Source: Bacillus subtilis subsp. subtilis str. 168 (GTDB taxonomy: Bacteria > Bacillota > Bacilli > Bacillales > Bacillaceae). From it: DNA of 32,000 nucleotides. Positions 9,842 through 19,212 of this stretch are shown one piece after another (position 1 is the stretch's first letter; the number at the start of each line of letters is the position of its first letter). Both the position numbers and the translations under genes were made by a program. The notes beneath the pieces are model-generated. The model was not told the DNA's origin. It saw only the letters and a program-made list of their open reading frames with translations, and ran no database searches. The stretch covers positions 2,640,001-2,672,000 of the forward strand of contig NC_000964.3 in NCBI RefSeq assembly GCF_000009045.1, written 5' to 3'.

Positions 9842-10468
9842 ATGTTAAAAAAAGTAATAGGTATACTTGTGATTATCGCTATCATTTCAGTTGGTTTTTT
9901 TCAGAAAGAAGCTTGGCTTGATGCAATCAAAGCAGGAGGGATGTTTTCCGTTTTATTTAGTATGCTGCTGATTGCTGCCGATGTTTTTTTCCCAATAGTG
10001 CCGTTTGCTTTGATTGCTGCTTTAAATGGCGCAGTGTTCGGGACTGCAAATGGAATTTGGATTACACTGACCGGCTCAATGCTTGGTACAATATTGCTGT
10101 TTTTTCTCGCCAGGTACAGTTTTAGAGATTGGGCCAGAAAAAAAGTTCAGGCCTATCCTGCCATACAAAGCTACGAGGCTTCCTTCAACAAAAACGCTTT
10201 TACCGCTGTTTTATTAGGAAGGCTGATACCTGTCATACCTTCACTTGTAATGAACGTGATCTGCGGGCTGAGCCAGGTTCGCTGGCATGTTTTTTTCTTT
10301 GCGTCTTTAATAGGGAAAATCCCCAATATTGTTGTTGTCACTATTGCAGGTGCCAATTTCACCAGCAATAAATTATTGTCTATCAGCATTTACGGTACAT
10401 ATATTCTGATCATCATGCTGGTCATTTATAAAAAGTTCCCTCATCTTCTGAAGGTGCCAAAAAAATAA
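9842..10468 (+). CDS. yqeD: TVP38/TMEM64 (SNARE-associated/DedA-like) membrane protein
   Basis: Multi-TM protein with GSMLGTILLFFLARYSFRDWARKK and F-GR-IPVIPSLVMNVICG blocks. Start (9842 ATG vs 9830 GTG or 9824 TTG) is uncertain. Confidence 0.85.
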   Translation: MLKKVIGILVIIAIISVGFFQKEAWLDAIKAGGMFSVLFSMLLIAADVFFPIVPFALIAALNGAVFGTANGIWITLTGSMLGTILLFFLARYSFRDWARKKVQAYPAIQSYEASFNKNAFTAVLLGRLIPVIPSLVMNVICGLSQVRWHVFFFASLIGKIPNIVVVTIAGANFTSNKLLSISIYGTYILIIMLVIYKKFPHLLKVPKK

Positions 10469-10488
10469 GGAGGCTTGTTGGCCCCCTT
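10467..10488. terminator. Hairpin between convergent yqeD and yqeC
   Basis: AAGGAGGC-TTGTTG-GCCCCCTT with one mismatch, followed by ACTTTTTTTC. Confidence 0.65.
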
Positions 10489-11380
10489 ACTTTTTTTCTG
10501 TCGCATGGCCTCCAAATTCATTTCGAAGCGCAGCAACCACCTTTCCTGTAAACGTATCGTCTGTTAAAGAACGGTATCTCATCATTAGTGACATGGCGAT
10601 GACCGGCGTTGCCGTCTGCAGATCAAGCGCGGTTTCCACCGTCCATTTTCCTTCACCTGAGGAATGCATAATGCCCTTGATCTGATCCAGTTTCGCATCC
10701 TTAGCGAAAGCTCGCTCAGTCAGTCCCATAAGCCAAGAACGAATGACAGAACCATGATTCCACACTCTGGCAACCTTCTCGTAGTCAAAATCAAATTGGC
10801 TGTTTTCAAGCACTTCGAATCCTTCACCAATCGCGGCCATCATTCCATACTCAATTCCATTATGGATCATTTTTAAAAAATGTCCGCTTCCCGCTTCACC
10901 AGCGTATAGATAACCATTTTCGACGGCAGTATCACGAAAAAGCGGTTCCACAATCTCCCATGCTTCATGATCGCCCCCCACCATAAAACAGGCTCCATGC
11001 CGTGCGCCTTCCATTCCGCCCGACGTTCCGGCATCGAGATAATGGATACCCGCTTCTTTCATTTGATTGTAGCGGCGAATTGATTCTTTATAATGAGAGT
11101 TTCCAGCTTCGATAATCATATCGCCTTTACTTAATAAAGGTGATACATCACGCAAAACAGCATCGACAATGCCATGCGGTACCATAACCCATAGGATGCG
11201 CGGCGGGTGTAATAAAGAAATGAACTCTTTAAGATTTGTTGTCCCCTCAGCCCCGTATGCTTTCAGTTCATCAACAGCCGCTTGATTTACATCATATCCA
11301 ACCACTTGATGATTGCGGTCAATGAATTGCTTTCCTATGTTTATGCCCATTTTCCCTAAGCCGATTAATCCGATTTTCAT
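10487..11380 (-). CDS. yqeC: 6-phosphogluconate dehydrogenase-like protein (decarboxylating, NAD-type family)
   Basis: MKIGLIGLGKMGINIGKQF; DAGTSGGMEGARHGACFMVGG; GHFLKMIHNGIEYGMM. Confidence 0.92.
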   Translation of the reverse strand: MKIGLIGLGKMGINIGKQFIDRNHQVVGYDVNQAAVDELKAYGAEGTTNLKEFISLLHPPRILWVMVPHGIVDAVLRDVSPLLSKGDMIIEAGNSHYKESIRRYNQMKEAGIHYLDAGTSGGMEGARHGACFMVGGDHEAWEIVEPLFRDTAVENGYLYAGEAGSGHFLKMIHNGIEYGMMAAIGEGFEVLENSQFDFDYEKVARVWNHGSVIRSWLMGLTERAFAKDAKLDQIKGIMHSSGEGKWTVETALDLQTATPVIAMSLMMRYRSLTDDTFTGKVVAALRNEFGGHATEKK

Positions 11381-11631
11381 ATCTGTTCCTCCTGATTGTC
11401 TAAAAAGCCTTTACTCTTTATGTTCCCTATGGATTGTATTGTGATACGCAGAAAACAAATGGGGCTTACATCGTCTGCGCATGTAAATTTTATTTTTCAT
11501 GACCGACGGCGCCTGCCAGTTCTATTACTGAATCTCTTTATATCCATAATTATCGCTTTATCCTTGATTTACCATCAGTTTAAGTTAAAATATGGGAAGG
11601 AATTCGATTTTTTCAGTAAAAAGAAGGTGAC

Positions 11632-12354
11632 ATGTTGCAGAATCAATCTCATACTCTTATTGGAGTTACGAAAACCGCTGTATTCTTTTTATACGCTGCA
11701 CTTGCAATCATCGGTTTTGCAATCGGGTATTTTATTCCGCAGATTGCGAAATGGGCATTATCCCTCCCCTGGATCCCTCTTGAAGGACCACTTCGGCTCA
11801 TTACCTCTTTTCAGGGATCTACAGCTTCATTTATCACTGCTCTTCTCGGTATGTGTGCGGGGATTTGGTTCGCTCATTCTGTTATTGCAATGCTGCTGTC
11901 TGTCAAAATTACAGATCACACAGTGGAATTCATCAAAGGAAAAAAAGTGCAAACAATTCATTCCGATGACATCGCTCTTGTATTTATGGATCACAAACGG
12001 CTTGTCCTCCTGGGAACAGCCGGATATGAATTGGTACGGGAAGAAATTGATGAAAAACCAGTAAACGTTGAGAAGGCCTTTAGACAGCATCATTACGAAT
12101 GGGCAACAGATGGTGATCCGTTTAAAGATCAATTTCGCCGATGGATTCCTGATGCACCAGACCTATCGCAAGGCGCCCATGCCTTATTAAAAGCTCGTCA
12201 CAAAGCACTGCAGGACGAAGAAAAAGACGATATTGAAGAATTCCGTCTCGAACTGGCACAGCTGGGCATCGTTGTACGGGACGAAGGCACACGCCAATAT
12301 TGGCGAAAAGCAGAAACCTATCCCCCGAAAATTCAGCTCGGCGAAGGATTGTAA
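11632..12354 (+). CDS. yqeB: Conserved membrane protein YqeB
   Basis: 240 aa ORF with paired hydrophobic segments and a soluble C-terminal half; SD AGAAGGTG before ATG; gene order. Confidence 0.85.
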   Translation: MLQNQSHTLIGVTKTAVFFLYAALAIIGFAIGYFIPQIAKWALSLPWIPLEGPLRLITSFQGSTASFITALLGMCAGIWFAHSVIAMLLSVKITDHTVEFIKGKKVQTIHSDDIALVFMDHKRLVLLGTAGYELVREEIDEKPVNVEKAFRQHHYEWATDGDPFKDQFRRWIPDAPDLSQGAHALLKARHKALQDEEKDDIEEFRLELAQLGIVVRDEGTRQYWRKAETYPPKIQLGEGL

Positions 12355-12358
12355 CAAC

Positions 12359-12380
12359 AGAGGCTCAAGAAAGAGCCTCT
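12359..12380. terminator. Bidirectional terminator between yqeB and nucB
   Basis: AGAGGCTC-AAGAAA-GAGCCTCT then TCTTTACT. Confidence 0.75.
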
Positions 12381-12386
12381 TCTTTA

Positions 12387-12797
12387 CTACTGCACAATAA
12401 ACAGCACTCTGGTACCGTCAGGATAGCTGCTCATTTGATTCCCTACCCACGAGCCGGCGCCGCGATTATCAGAAGGCGTCACATATCGGACATCAGCCCC
12501 TGCACCGCCTTCCTCGCAGACCGCCATCGGCCACTCATCCCGGTCATAGCCCGGCTTGGTCGGGATTCCCTTTAAAGATTCCTCCCGCCTTTTGTCTGCT
12601 CCATCTCTGTCAATGGTACAAATATCTGGATGTCCCTCTGCAATCGCATCCCTAATATGACTGCCGGTTTCCGGATAACGAGACAGCGGAAAATATAACA
12701 CTTTGTCATACGAAGATGCGCCTTGGATCTGTTGCGGAACCATTAAACAAAGAAGAACTGCTGCAGCAAGAAACAGGCCTGCCATCCATTTTTTCAT
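12387..12797 (-). CDS. nucB: Sporulation-associated secreted DNase NucB
   Basis: Signal peptide then [69 protein letters not shown]; 136 aa from the second in-frame Met. Confidence 0.95.
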
Positions 12798-12992
12798 CCC
12801 CATCCCCCCATACCTTTGTTCATTTCAATGTATGGGCGCTTGATGAAGAATATTTTTAACATTTGAAGTTAGTATGCTGCTTACCAAAGCCGGACTCCCC
12901 CGCGAGAAATTTCCCGGTACAGACACAGACAGCCTCCCGGTCACATACATTTACATATAGGCTTTTGCCTACATACTTTTGTGGAGGTGACG

Positions 12993-13463
12993 ATGGTGAC
13001 AGGTGTTTTCGCAGCGCTCGGCTTTGTTGTTAAAGAGCTTGTCTTTTTAGTATCTTACGTGAAAAACAATGCCTTTCCACAACCGCTCTCAAGCAGCGAA
13101 GAAAAAAAATACTTAGAGCTCATGGCTAAAGGGGATGAACATGCCAGAAACATGCTGATTGAGCATAATCTTCGCTTGGTCGCCCATATTGTGAAAAAGT
13201 TCGAAAATACAGGTGAGGATGCAGAGGACTTAATCTCCATCGGAACGATCGGGCTTATTAAAGGAATTGAAAGCTATTCCGCTGGAAAAGGGACAAAGCT
13301 GGCGACGTATGCAGCGAGGTGTATTGAAAATGAGATTGTAATTACAAAAGGGGGGTGCATACACCCCTCTTTAATACGTTTCAATATATATGGTGTCAGA
13401 ATCCACAATGGTAACTTCTTTCACGATAAAGTTAACAATTGTTTTTTTATCTTCAAGAGTTAA
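12993..13463 (+). CDS. spoIVCB: SpoIVCB, N-terminal part of sigma-K truncated by the skin element; the tail after about codon 113 is element-encoded
   Basis: [114 protein letters not shown], then non-sigma sequence. Confidence 0.93.
   Translation: MVTGVFAALGFVVKELVFLVSYVKNNAFPQPLSSSEEKKYLELMAKGDEHARNMLIEHNLRLVAHIVKKFENTGEDAEDLISIGTIGLIKGIESYSAGKGTKLATYAARCIENEIVITKGGCIHPSLIRFNIYGVRIHNGNFFHDKVNNCFFIFKS
13329..13333 (+). mobile_element. skin element left junction (recombination core AATGA); the element extends from here beyond the right edge
   Basis: Homology to sigma-K stops at ...CIENE and spoIVCA follows. AATGA is the known crossover core of B. subtilis skin excision (established knowledge). 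Confidence 0.8.
13347..13372. terminator. Hairpin at the spoIVCA 3' end, just inside the element junction
   Basis: AAAGGGGGGTG-CATA-CACCCCTCTTT, 11-bp stem with one G:U-type pair; on the minus strand followed by TTTTG. Confidence 0.6.
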
Positions 13464-14873
13464 GTTATCTGCACCGATTGATTGAAAATAGTCGATGGCT
13501 CTTTTTAGAGCATTTTCACTTGAGCTCGTATCATCTAGGACTTTCATTTTTGACTGGATTTCGTTACACTTTTCAGTAAGCTGATTTTGCTTTTTTTGCA
13601 GTTCAATAATTTGTGCTTTGATTTCATCTATGTCTAAATCATCGTCATCGCTTAGGCTGATTAGCGTTAAAAGACGCTTGCGGCCTTTTTTTGTTTTCTC
13701 TATCTCTTTTTCAATAAGTTCTAATTCATCAGACAGGTGATTTGATTGTTCAGCCTCTTTAAAAGAAACATACTTTTGAGGATTTGTGATGAATTTAAAA
13801 ATTTCACCCCATACATGCCGGTTCAATTTATTCTCAGACATTTCTTTTCCGCAGCCGCGGTCCTTTGCGCCAGAATAATTTTTCCGGCAAGTATATACAT
13901 AGTAGTCTTTACCATGTGATTTTCTTTTCTTCCCTGTCATGGTATTTCCGCATTTTCCGCATCTAACCAAACCCGATAACAAGTAATTGTGAGGGCTGAT
14001 ACTCAAGTGTTTTCTTTTACTTTGACCTAAGAGTTCTTGAGCATAATCCCATTGTTCAGCTGGAACAATTGCTGGAATTGTCACAGTGATTTGTTCTTCT
14101 TCAGGCCTTATTTTAATTATAGATTTGTTCCCTGCCTGCTTTGAAACATAGGAACCCTCTGTATCATATTTATACTGTCTATGTTCACCCTTATAGGAAG
14201 AGTTCATTAATATTTGCCGAACAACCTGCCTGTGCCATACTTTGGCGCCTTTTTTTGTTTTAACCCCCATCTGAGTTAAATGTAGAGCAATACCATTTAC
14301 TCTGCCGAAAAAAGGGCTTTTATGATCGGTGAAATAGTTAAAAATCATCCGAATGATTTTTGCTTCCTCTTCTAATATCTCAAGAGTTCTTTTCTCTTTA
14401 ACAAATTTATAGCCATATAGTTTAGAATCTTTAATGATCATGCCTTTTTTCATTTTTTGAAGTCGGCCGCTTGATGTCCGTTCTTTGATTTTGGCTTTTT
14501 CAAATTCTGAGATTGCCCCGCGCATTGCGAAAAACAATTGACCTTCTGGAGAATTGGCGTATTCACCATTTACAAAAATCAAAGGTATGTTTCGCTTTCG
14601 CAATTCGTCATCAATGATTAGCTGATTCATTAATTTCCGAGAAAGACGGTCAGGATCGTAACAAATGACTTGACTTATAAGTCCCTTGCTTGCATCCTCC
14701 CTCAAGCGATTCAAAGCCGGACGTTCTAAAAGCTCTCCTGAAAATCCTTCATCTGCATACTTCAGCACATCTTTAGTCCCTGCTTTCTTTATACAGGCCT
14801 CGATTTGGCTGTCGATGCTCGATCCCTTGATCGCTTGTTCCTCGGTCGATACCCTTACATATATTGCTATCAC
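13371..14873 (-). CDS. spoIVCA: Large serine site-specific recombinase (skin excisionase/integrase)
   Basis: 500 aa; N-terminal resolvase domain [22 protein letters not shown]..., DRLSRKL, recombinase zinc-ribbon [11 protein letters not shown]; adjacent to truncated sigK. Confidence 0.96.
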   Translation of the reverse strand: MIAIYVRVSTEEQAIKGSSIDSQIEACIKKAGTKDVLKYADEGFSGELLERPALNRLREDASKGLISQVICYDPDRLSRKLMNQLIIDDELRKRNIPLIFVNGEYANSPEGQLFFAMRGAISEFEKAKIKERTSSGRLQKMKKGMIIKDSKLYGYKFVKEKRTLEILEEEAKIIRMIFNYFTDHKSPFFGRVNGIALHLTQMGVKTKKGAKVWHRQVVRQILMNSSYKGEHRQYKYDTEGSYVSKQAGNKSIIKIRPEEEQITVTIPAIVPAEQWDYAQELLGQSKRKHLSISPHNYLLSGLVRCGKCGNTMTGKKRKSHGKDYYVYTCRKNYSGAKDRGCGKEMSENKLNRHVWGEIFKFITNPQKYVSFKEAEQSNHLSDELELIEKEIEKTKKGRKRLLTLISLSDDDDLDIDEIKAQIIELQKKQNQLTEKCNEIQSKMKVLDDTSSSENALKRAIDYFQSIGADNLTLEDKKTIVNFIVKEVTIVDSDTIYIETY

Positions 14874-14967
14874 CCTGAATCTCCTTCCTATAAAGTTTTA
14901 TTAAATAATGATAGCAATCGTTAATGCATTTGTCAGCTTGCGGTCCCTCGATGATTATCACTTTCAT
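14773..14967 (-). CDS. Small ORF (64 aa from the internal ATG) overlapping the start of spoIVCA, possibly translationally coupled
   Basis: [37 protein letters not shown]...; GGGGTG SD-like sequence 9 nt upstream of ATG; overlaps spoIVCA by 101 nt. Confidence 0.5.
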   Translation of the reverse strand: MKVIIIEGPQADKCINDCYHYLIKLYRKEIQGDSNICKGIDRGTSDQGIEHRQPNRGLYKESRD

Positions 14968-15321
14968 AAAATGCATCACCCCTTGGGTAATGCTATGTAA
15001 CAGCTGTTTGTCCAAATGAGGAGATTTTAAATTAAACTATAGTGTTATTAAACGTTTCAATGAATATGCAAAAAATTTAAAAAAAGTTGTTGTGACTTTT
15101 CTACACTCCTTTAGGTCCTCAATAGAAAAGATTTTATTTTCTATGCCTCAACATTCGCTTATTATAGTTTTCAATGATTTATTATTATTTGAGAGTACAA
15201 TGGAGTAGTGTTTTTCATTGTTAGATAGTTAATGACATTTCACTGGTGTCAAGTTCGTATAGCTAGACATTAATAAAAAAAGGACACATATAAATATGCA
15301 TCCTTTAACAAAAGAGTTTAT

Positions 15322-15741
15322 TTATTTCCCTGTTTCAGCAAATTCCTTCAACCTATTCCCTATTTCATCACGAACTCTTTGGAAAAACGCCCATTTTTCT
15401 TCTTCTGTCCCTTGTGCTCTTGCCGGATCATCAAAACCCCAATGCTCACGTTTTACATGTGGAGGCGTCATCGGGCATTTATCAGCAGCATCTCCACAAA
15501 GCGTAACAACTAAATCAGCATTGTTCAGAATATCAGAATCGATTATATCTGACGTTTGATTAGAGATATCTATACCAACTTCCTTCATCGCTTTAACAGC
15601 ATTCGGATTTAATCCATGTGCTTCTATCCCCGCGCTATACACTTTCCACTCATCACCTAAATATTGTTTAGCCCATCCTTCAGCCATTTGGCTCCGGCAA
15701 GAGTTCCCTGTACATAAAAAGTAAATGATTTTATTCTCCAT
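15322..15741 (-). CDS. arsC: Arsenate reductase (thioredoxin-coupled, low-MW PTPase fold)
   Basis: [25 protein letters not shown] with CX5R; [26 protein letters not shown]. Confidence 0.96.
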   Translation of the reverse strand: MENKIIYFLCTGNSCRSQMAEGWAKQYLGDEWKVYSAGIEAHGLNPNAVKAMKEVGIDISNQTSDIIDSDILNNADLVVTLCGDAADKCPMTPPHVKREHWGFDDPARAQGTEEEKWAFFQRVRDEIGNRLKEFAETGK

Positions 15742-15752
15742 ATATTCCACCT

Positions 15753-16793
15753 CTACATCGAGTGACTTCCAAAGTATTTTCGTTGAAACCATAAAGCAAC
15801 CTTAACAAGTGCTATCATGACTGGCACTTCTACAAGCGGACCAATTACGGCGGCAAATGCTGCACCCGAATGAATTCCAAATACACCAACAGCTACAGCA
15901 ATCGCTAATTCAAAGTTATTGCTTCCTGCTGTAAAAGCTAAAGTAGTAGTTACAGCATAGTTTGCCCCGATTTTCTTCCCTAAAAAGAAGGAAACAAAGA
16001 ACATTAAAACAAAGTAAATCAATAATGGAATCGCAACTCGGACAACATCTAACGGCAAGCTAACAATTACATCACCTTTTAAGGAAAACATGACGATAAT
16101 TGTAAATAGCAAAGCAATTAACGTAATTGGACTAATCTTAGGAATGAACACTTTTTCATACCATTCTTTGCCCTTCACTTTTACAAAAATATAACGTGTC
16201 ACCATTCCTGCAATAAAAGGAACTCCAAGGTAAATGAATACTGATTTTGCGACTTCTGCCATCGTAATATTCACTACTGCTCCTTCCATCCCTAACCATT
16301 GCGGAATAACTGTTACAAAAATGTAAGCATAAACTGAGAAAAAAAGCATTTGGAAAATTGAGTTGAAAGCAACTAATCCTGCCGCGTATTCCGTATCACC
16401 TTTTGATAAGTCATTCCAAACAATAACCATCGCAATACAGCGAGCTAATCCAATCATAATAAGCCCAATCATATACTCCGGTTTATCTGGCAAAAAGATG
16501 ATAGCCAAAATAAACATGAGAGTCGGTCCGATGATCCAGTTTTGCACTAAAGATAAAATTAACACTTTAATATCTTTAAATACCCGTCCAATTTCTTCAT
16601 ATCGAACCTTTGCTAGTGGTGGATACATCATTAATACTAATCCAATAGCTAAAGGGATAGATGTAGTTCCTACTTGTAATTTGTTTAATCCACCAACAAA
16701 ACTCGGAAATATAAAACCTAATCCTATCCCCAATGCCATCGCAAGAAAAATCCAGATGGTTAAATAACGGTCTAAAAAAGATAAACGTTTCAT
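15753..16793 (-). CDS. acr3: Arsenite efflux permease, ACR3 family
   Basis: 346 aa polytopic protein [27 protein letters not shown]...; [19 protein letters not shown]; [20 protein letters not shown] (ACR3 signatures). Confidence 0.95.
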
Positions 16794-16815
16794 TACTTTA
16801 TCCTCACCTTTTTTA

Positions 16816-17256
16816 CTAACAGCAAGAGTTCGTTGTAATATCACTTGGCGGTGTTACACAACAAGAGGAGGAATCTTGTTTTTGAACCTCGCTGTTCGAT
16901 TTGGTATAGAAAAATTCCCACTCGTTCCCATCTGGATCAGTAATCCAAAATTTATCTTGGACTGCATAACAACAAGTCGTATCCATTTCTTCACGTGCAA
17001 AAAACCCTTCTTTTTCAAGCCTTTTCTTGTGTTTCAAAACTTCTTCCAAACTATCTACTTGGAATCCAAAATGATTCACTTGATTTCCCTTCACCTCATC
17101 TGCGACATTTAAAGTGAAATTCAGTCCAGGAGTCTCTAATAGAAACTTTGCATAGTCTGTTTTTACTTTTACAGCCTTTACTCCAAAAACTTTTTCATAA
17201 AAATTGATCGATTTCTCTAAACTGACAACGTTAACCCCTACATGAACATATTTCAT
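16816..17256 (-). CDS. yqcK: Glyoxalase/VOC-fold protein of the ArsI/CadI type (candidate C-As lyase)
   Basis: 146 aa; [49 protein letters not shown] vicinal cysteines; Cys-rich tail; inside the ars operon. Confidence 0.9.
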
Positions 17257-17316
17257 TTTAATTCCCCCTCTTATATATTAATCAAAAAAATTTGATATAA
17301 TACCTAAAAAATTTTT

Positions 17317-17634
17317 TTAGCAGCAATCTCCTTCACCTTTTTTTCTAAATATACAACAAAGCTCTTCTGATAATAAACCATTTACTTCCTCATCATTTAG
17401 ATCATAATAACTCCATGTTCCCTTTGTCTCTTTCGTTATTAAGTTGGCATCCAATAAAATTTTTAGATGATAAGAAAGTTTAGATTGCGTCACCTCAAAA
17501 ATCTCAGTCAGATCACAAACACAGGTTTTTCCCCTTTGACAAAGTTCATACATGATCTCTAATCGTTTCTGATCAGCAAGAGCCTTAAATTTTTGTTCAT
17601 ATTTCCGTAGCAGTTCTGATTTCGTCTCATCCAT
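17317..17634 (-). CDS. arsR: ArsR-family arsenic-responsive repressor
   Basis: 105 aa winged-HTH with CVCDLTEIFEVTQSKLSYHLKIL metal-binding/recognition helix. Confidence 0.95.
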   Translation of the reverse strand: MDETKSELLRKYEQKFKALADQKRLEIMYELCQRGKTCVCDLTEIFEVTQSKLSYHLKILLDANLITKETKGTWSYYDLNDEEVNGLLSEELCCIFRKKGEGDCC

Positions 17635-17651
17635 TCATATCGCCTTCTTTA

Positions 17652-17727
17652 ATCAATTTTTTTTGATGTATTTATTATACTCATGATTTTTAAATTAATG
17701 CAAGCAAATAAATCAATTTATTTTGAT
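17652..17727 (-). promoter_or_regulatory. ars promoter region: two candidate ArsR operators flanking a sigma-A-like promoter
   Basis: ATCAA-N6-TTGAT at 17652-17667 and at 17712-17727. Between them on the minus strand: TTGCAT (17698-17703), 18 nt, TATAAT (17674-17679). Confidence 0.65.
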
Positions 17728-18005
17728 TAATTGTAAAACCCGCTAAAAGCTTGTGTAACCAGATAGAGGTTTTCCATTTTTATTATTTCCTCCATCGCTA
17801 CTTTGCTACTACAGCAACGGAGATCATAAACGCTAATTTCTAATTTCAAGAAAAAAACATTAAATAATTTTTGTGAATATGTAGAATCGATAATAATTCG
17901 AGATAATACGTATTTAGTCAGAGCACACAGATTTATCATCAATTAAAACCTTATGTGAAGATATAAGCCATTCAATCCATCCTTCCACATAAGGTTTTAA
18001 ACAAT

Positions 18006-18770
18006 TTAATCAGACCTTTTCTTTTTGAATAAGTTCTTCATTTTCATAAAAGGGCATTGTGACACTTGATTTTCATCATCTCGCAAGAAGTACTGTTTCC
18101 ACTCCAGATTGTCTTTTTTTCCATACCATCCTAAATGCGGATGGATAGGTACTTCATCATATGCCTCAAGCCTTTTTCGAATTTGCTTACTCATATTTCG
18201 TCCAAATGCAGTAGTATCATTTAGATCCTCAAAAACCCATCTAGGCTGAAACGTCAACATAAAATAAGGAAAACTTCTGCTTTTTCTTTTGCTGTGAGCC
18301 GGTGTAGCACACAGAACAAAATATGGTTCTCCATTAAAACAGTATTCCCATTGAAAGTTATCTGGATTTTCTGGTATATCATCTGGCCAATCAGCTGGAT
18401 CTTCCATACTCAATGAATTGAGCAACTGCCAAAACAACGATTCGTAATCCTCAATTTTGTAATCAGTCAGTAATTCTTCTGGTGTATGAAATATTACAGT
18501 TAATGATGCATACTTTCCTGTCTCTCGTGAAATAGTTCCATACCGAGTAAGCAATGGCGCTAATTCCTTCGCAGTCTCGGGATTCCTAGGATCACCGACA
18601 AAAGCAATTCGCAGCTGGTCGCTTAAAAATGCTTGCCTTCCCGGTATACAAGGAAATTTATTTTCTTTATCACCTATTTTTTCATTCAAATAGTTAAACG
18701 AATCTAATTGCCAACCAGGTAGCGTTTCTTTAATTTTTTCAAGATCACTTTTAGCATATAACTCAGTCAA
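18006..18770 (-). CDS. yqcI: YqcI/YcgG family protein (TTG start)
   Basis: TTG at 18770 with GGAGGTGG SD; FPCIPGRQAFLSDQLRIAFVGD and LGWYGKKDNLEWKQYFLRDD...QCPF typical of the family. Confidence 0.9.
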   Translation of the reverse strand: MTELYAKSDLEKIKETLPGWQLDSFNYLNEKIGDKENKFPCIPGRQAFLSDQLRIAFVGDPRNPETAKELAPLLTRYGTISRETGKYASLTVIFHTPEELLTDYKIEDYESLFWQLLNSLSMEDPADWPDDIPENPDNFQWEYCFNGEPYFVLCATPAHSKRKSRSFPYFMLTFQPRWVFEDLNDTTAFGRNMSKQIRKRLEAYDEVPIHPHLGWYGKKDNLEWKQYFLRDDENQVSQCPFMKMKNLFKKKRSD

Positions 18771-19104
18771 TAAATCCACCTCCGAAGGCATTTATCATAA
18801 TGTATTGCGGGAGCACGAAGGAGGTGAATGTCTAATTACTTTTTCATATATCCAAATGAATATTAATTAATTAATTGGTTAAGTTTTAGTGGGTAGGTAA
18901 GTAATTTTCTTATCAAGAAAAATCCAGAATCAGTTCTGCGTTTAGCTGTACATGCACACTCAGCCCTCAAAACGACTAACGCTGGACTTTCTGGATGTTT
19001 TCAATTTTAAACTATCACAAGAATGACCGAAATTCCCTGTTTTTTGATGCCAAGTCATGGTACTCCCAGGAGGGAATTTCATAACTCTCTAAAGCAAAAA
19101 GTTA

Positions 19105-19134
19105 TTGCGGTCTCACCGAAAATTTAAATTGCGG
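19105..19134 (+). promoter_or_regulatory. ComA-like binding region upstream of rapE
   Basis: TTGCGG (19105-19110), CCGAAA (19116-19121), TTGCGG (19129-19134). Confidence 0.5.
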
Positions 19135-19212
19135 TGCCCTATTTCCTTTTTCTGCGAACGAAAACTTGTTAATATTTACAGTACTAGTAGAGTTAAGGGA
19201 AGGGTGAATATC

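Noticed and set aside
11396-12064. Long plus-strand track ORF (222 aa) at yqeB
   Set aside because: Its 3' two thirds lie out of frame within yqeB, which has an SD, a coherent membrane-protein sequence and proper 3' end. The upstream 5' part looks like chance reading.
12958-12971. TAGGC-TTTT-GCCTA hairpin just upstream of spoIVCB
   Set aside because: Short 5-bp stem. It may simply overlap the sigma-E/SpoIIID-controlled promoter region, which I could not place confidently.
15122-15144. ATAGAAAA...TTTTCTAT hairpin in the gap between the spoIVCA leader ORF and arsC
   Set aside because: Very AT-rich, short and common by chance in this region; not convincing as a terminator or operator.
17727-17942. 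71 aa minus-strand ORF upstream of arsR, including a possible 16 aa peptide MENLYLVTQAFSGFYN from 17777
   Set aside because: A GGAGG lies upstream of the internal ATG but spacing is long, composition is not coding-like, and the stop falls in the candidate ars operator. Kept only as a weak leader-peptide possibility.
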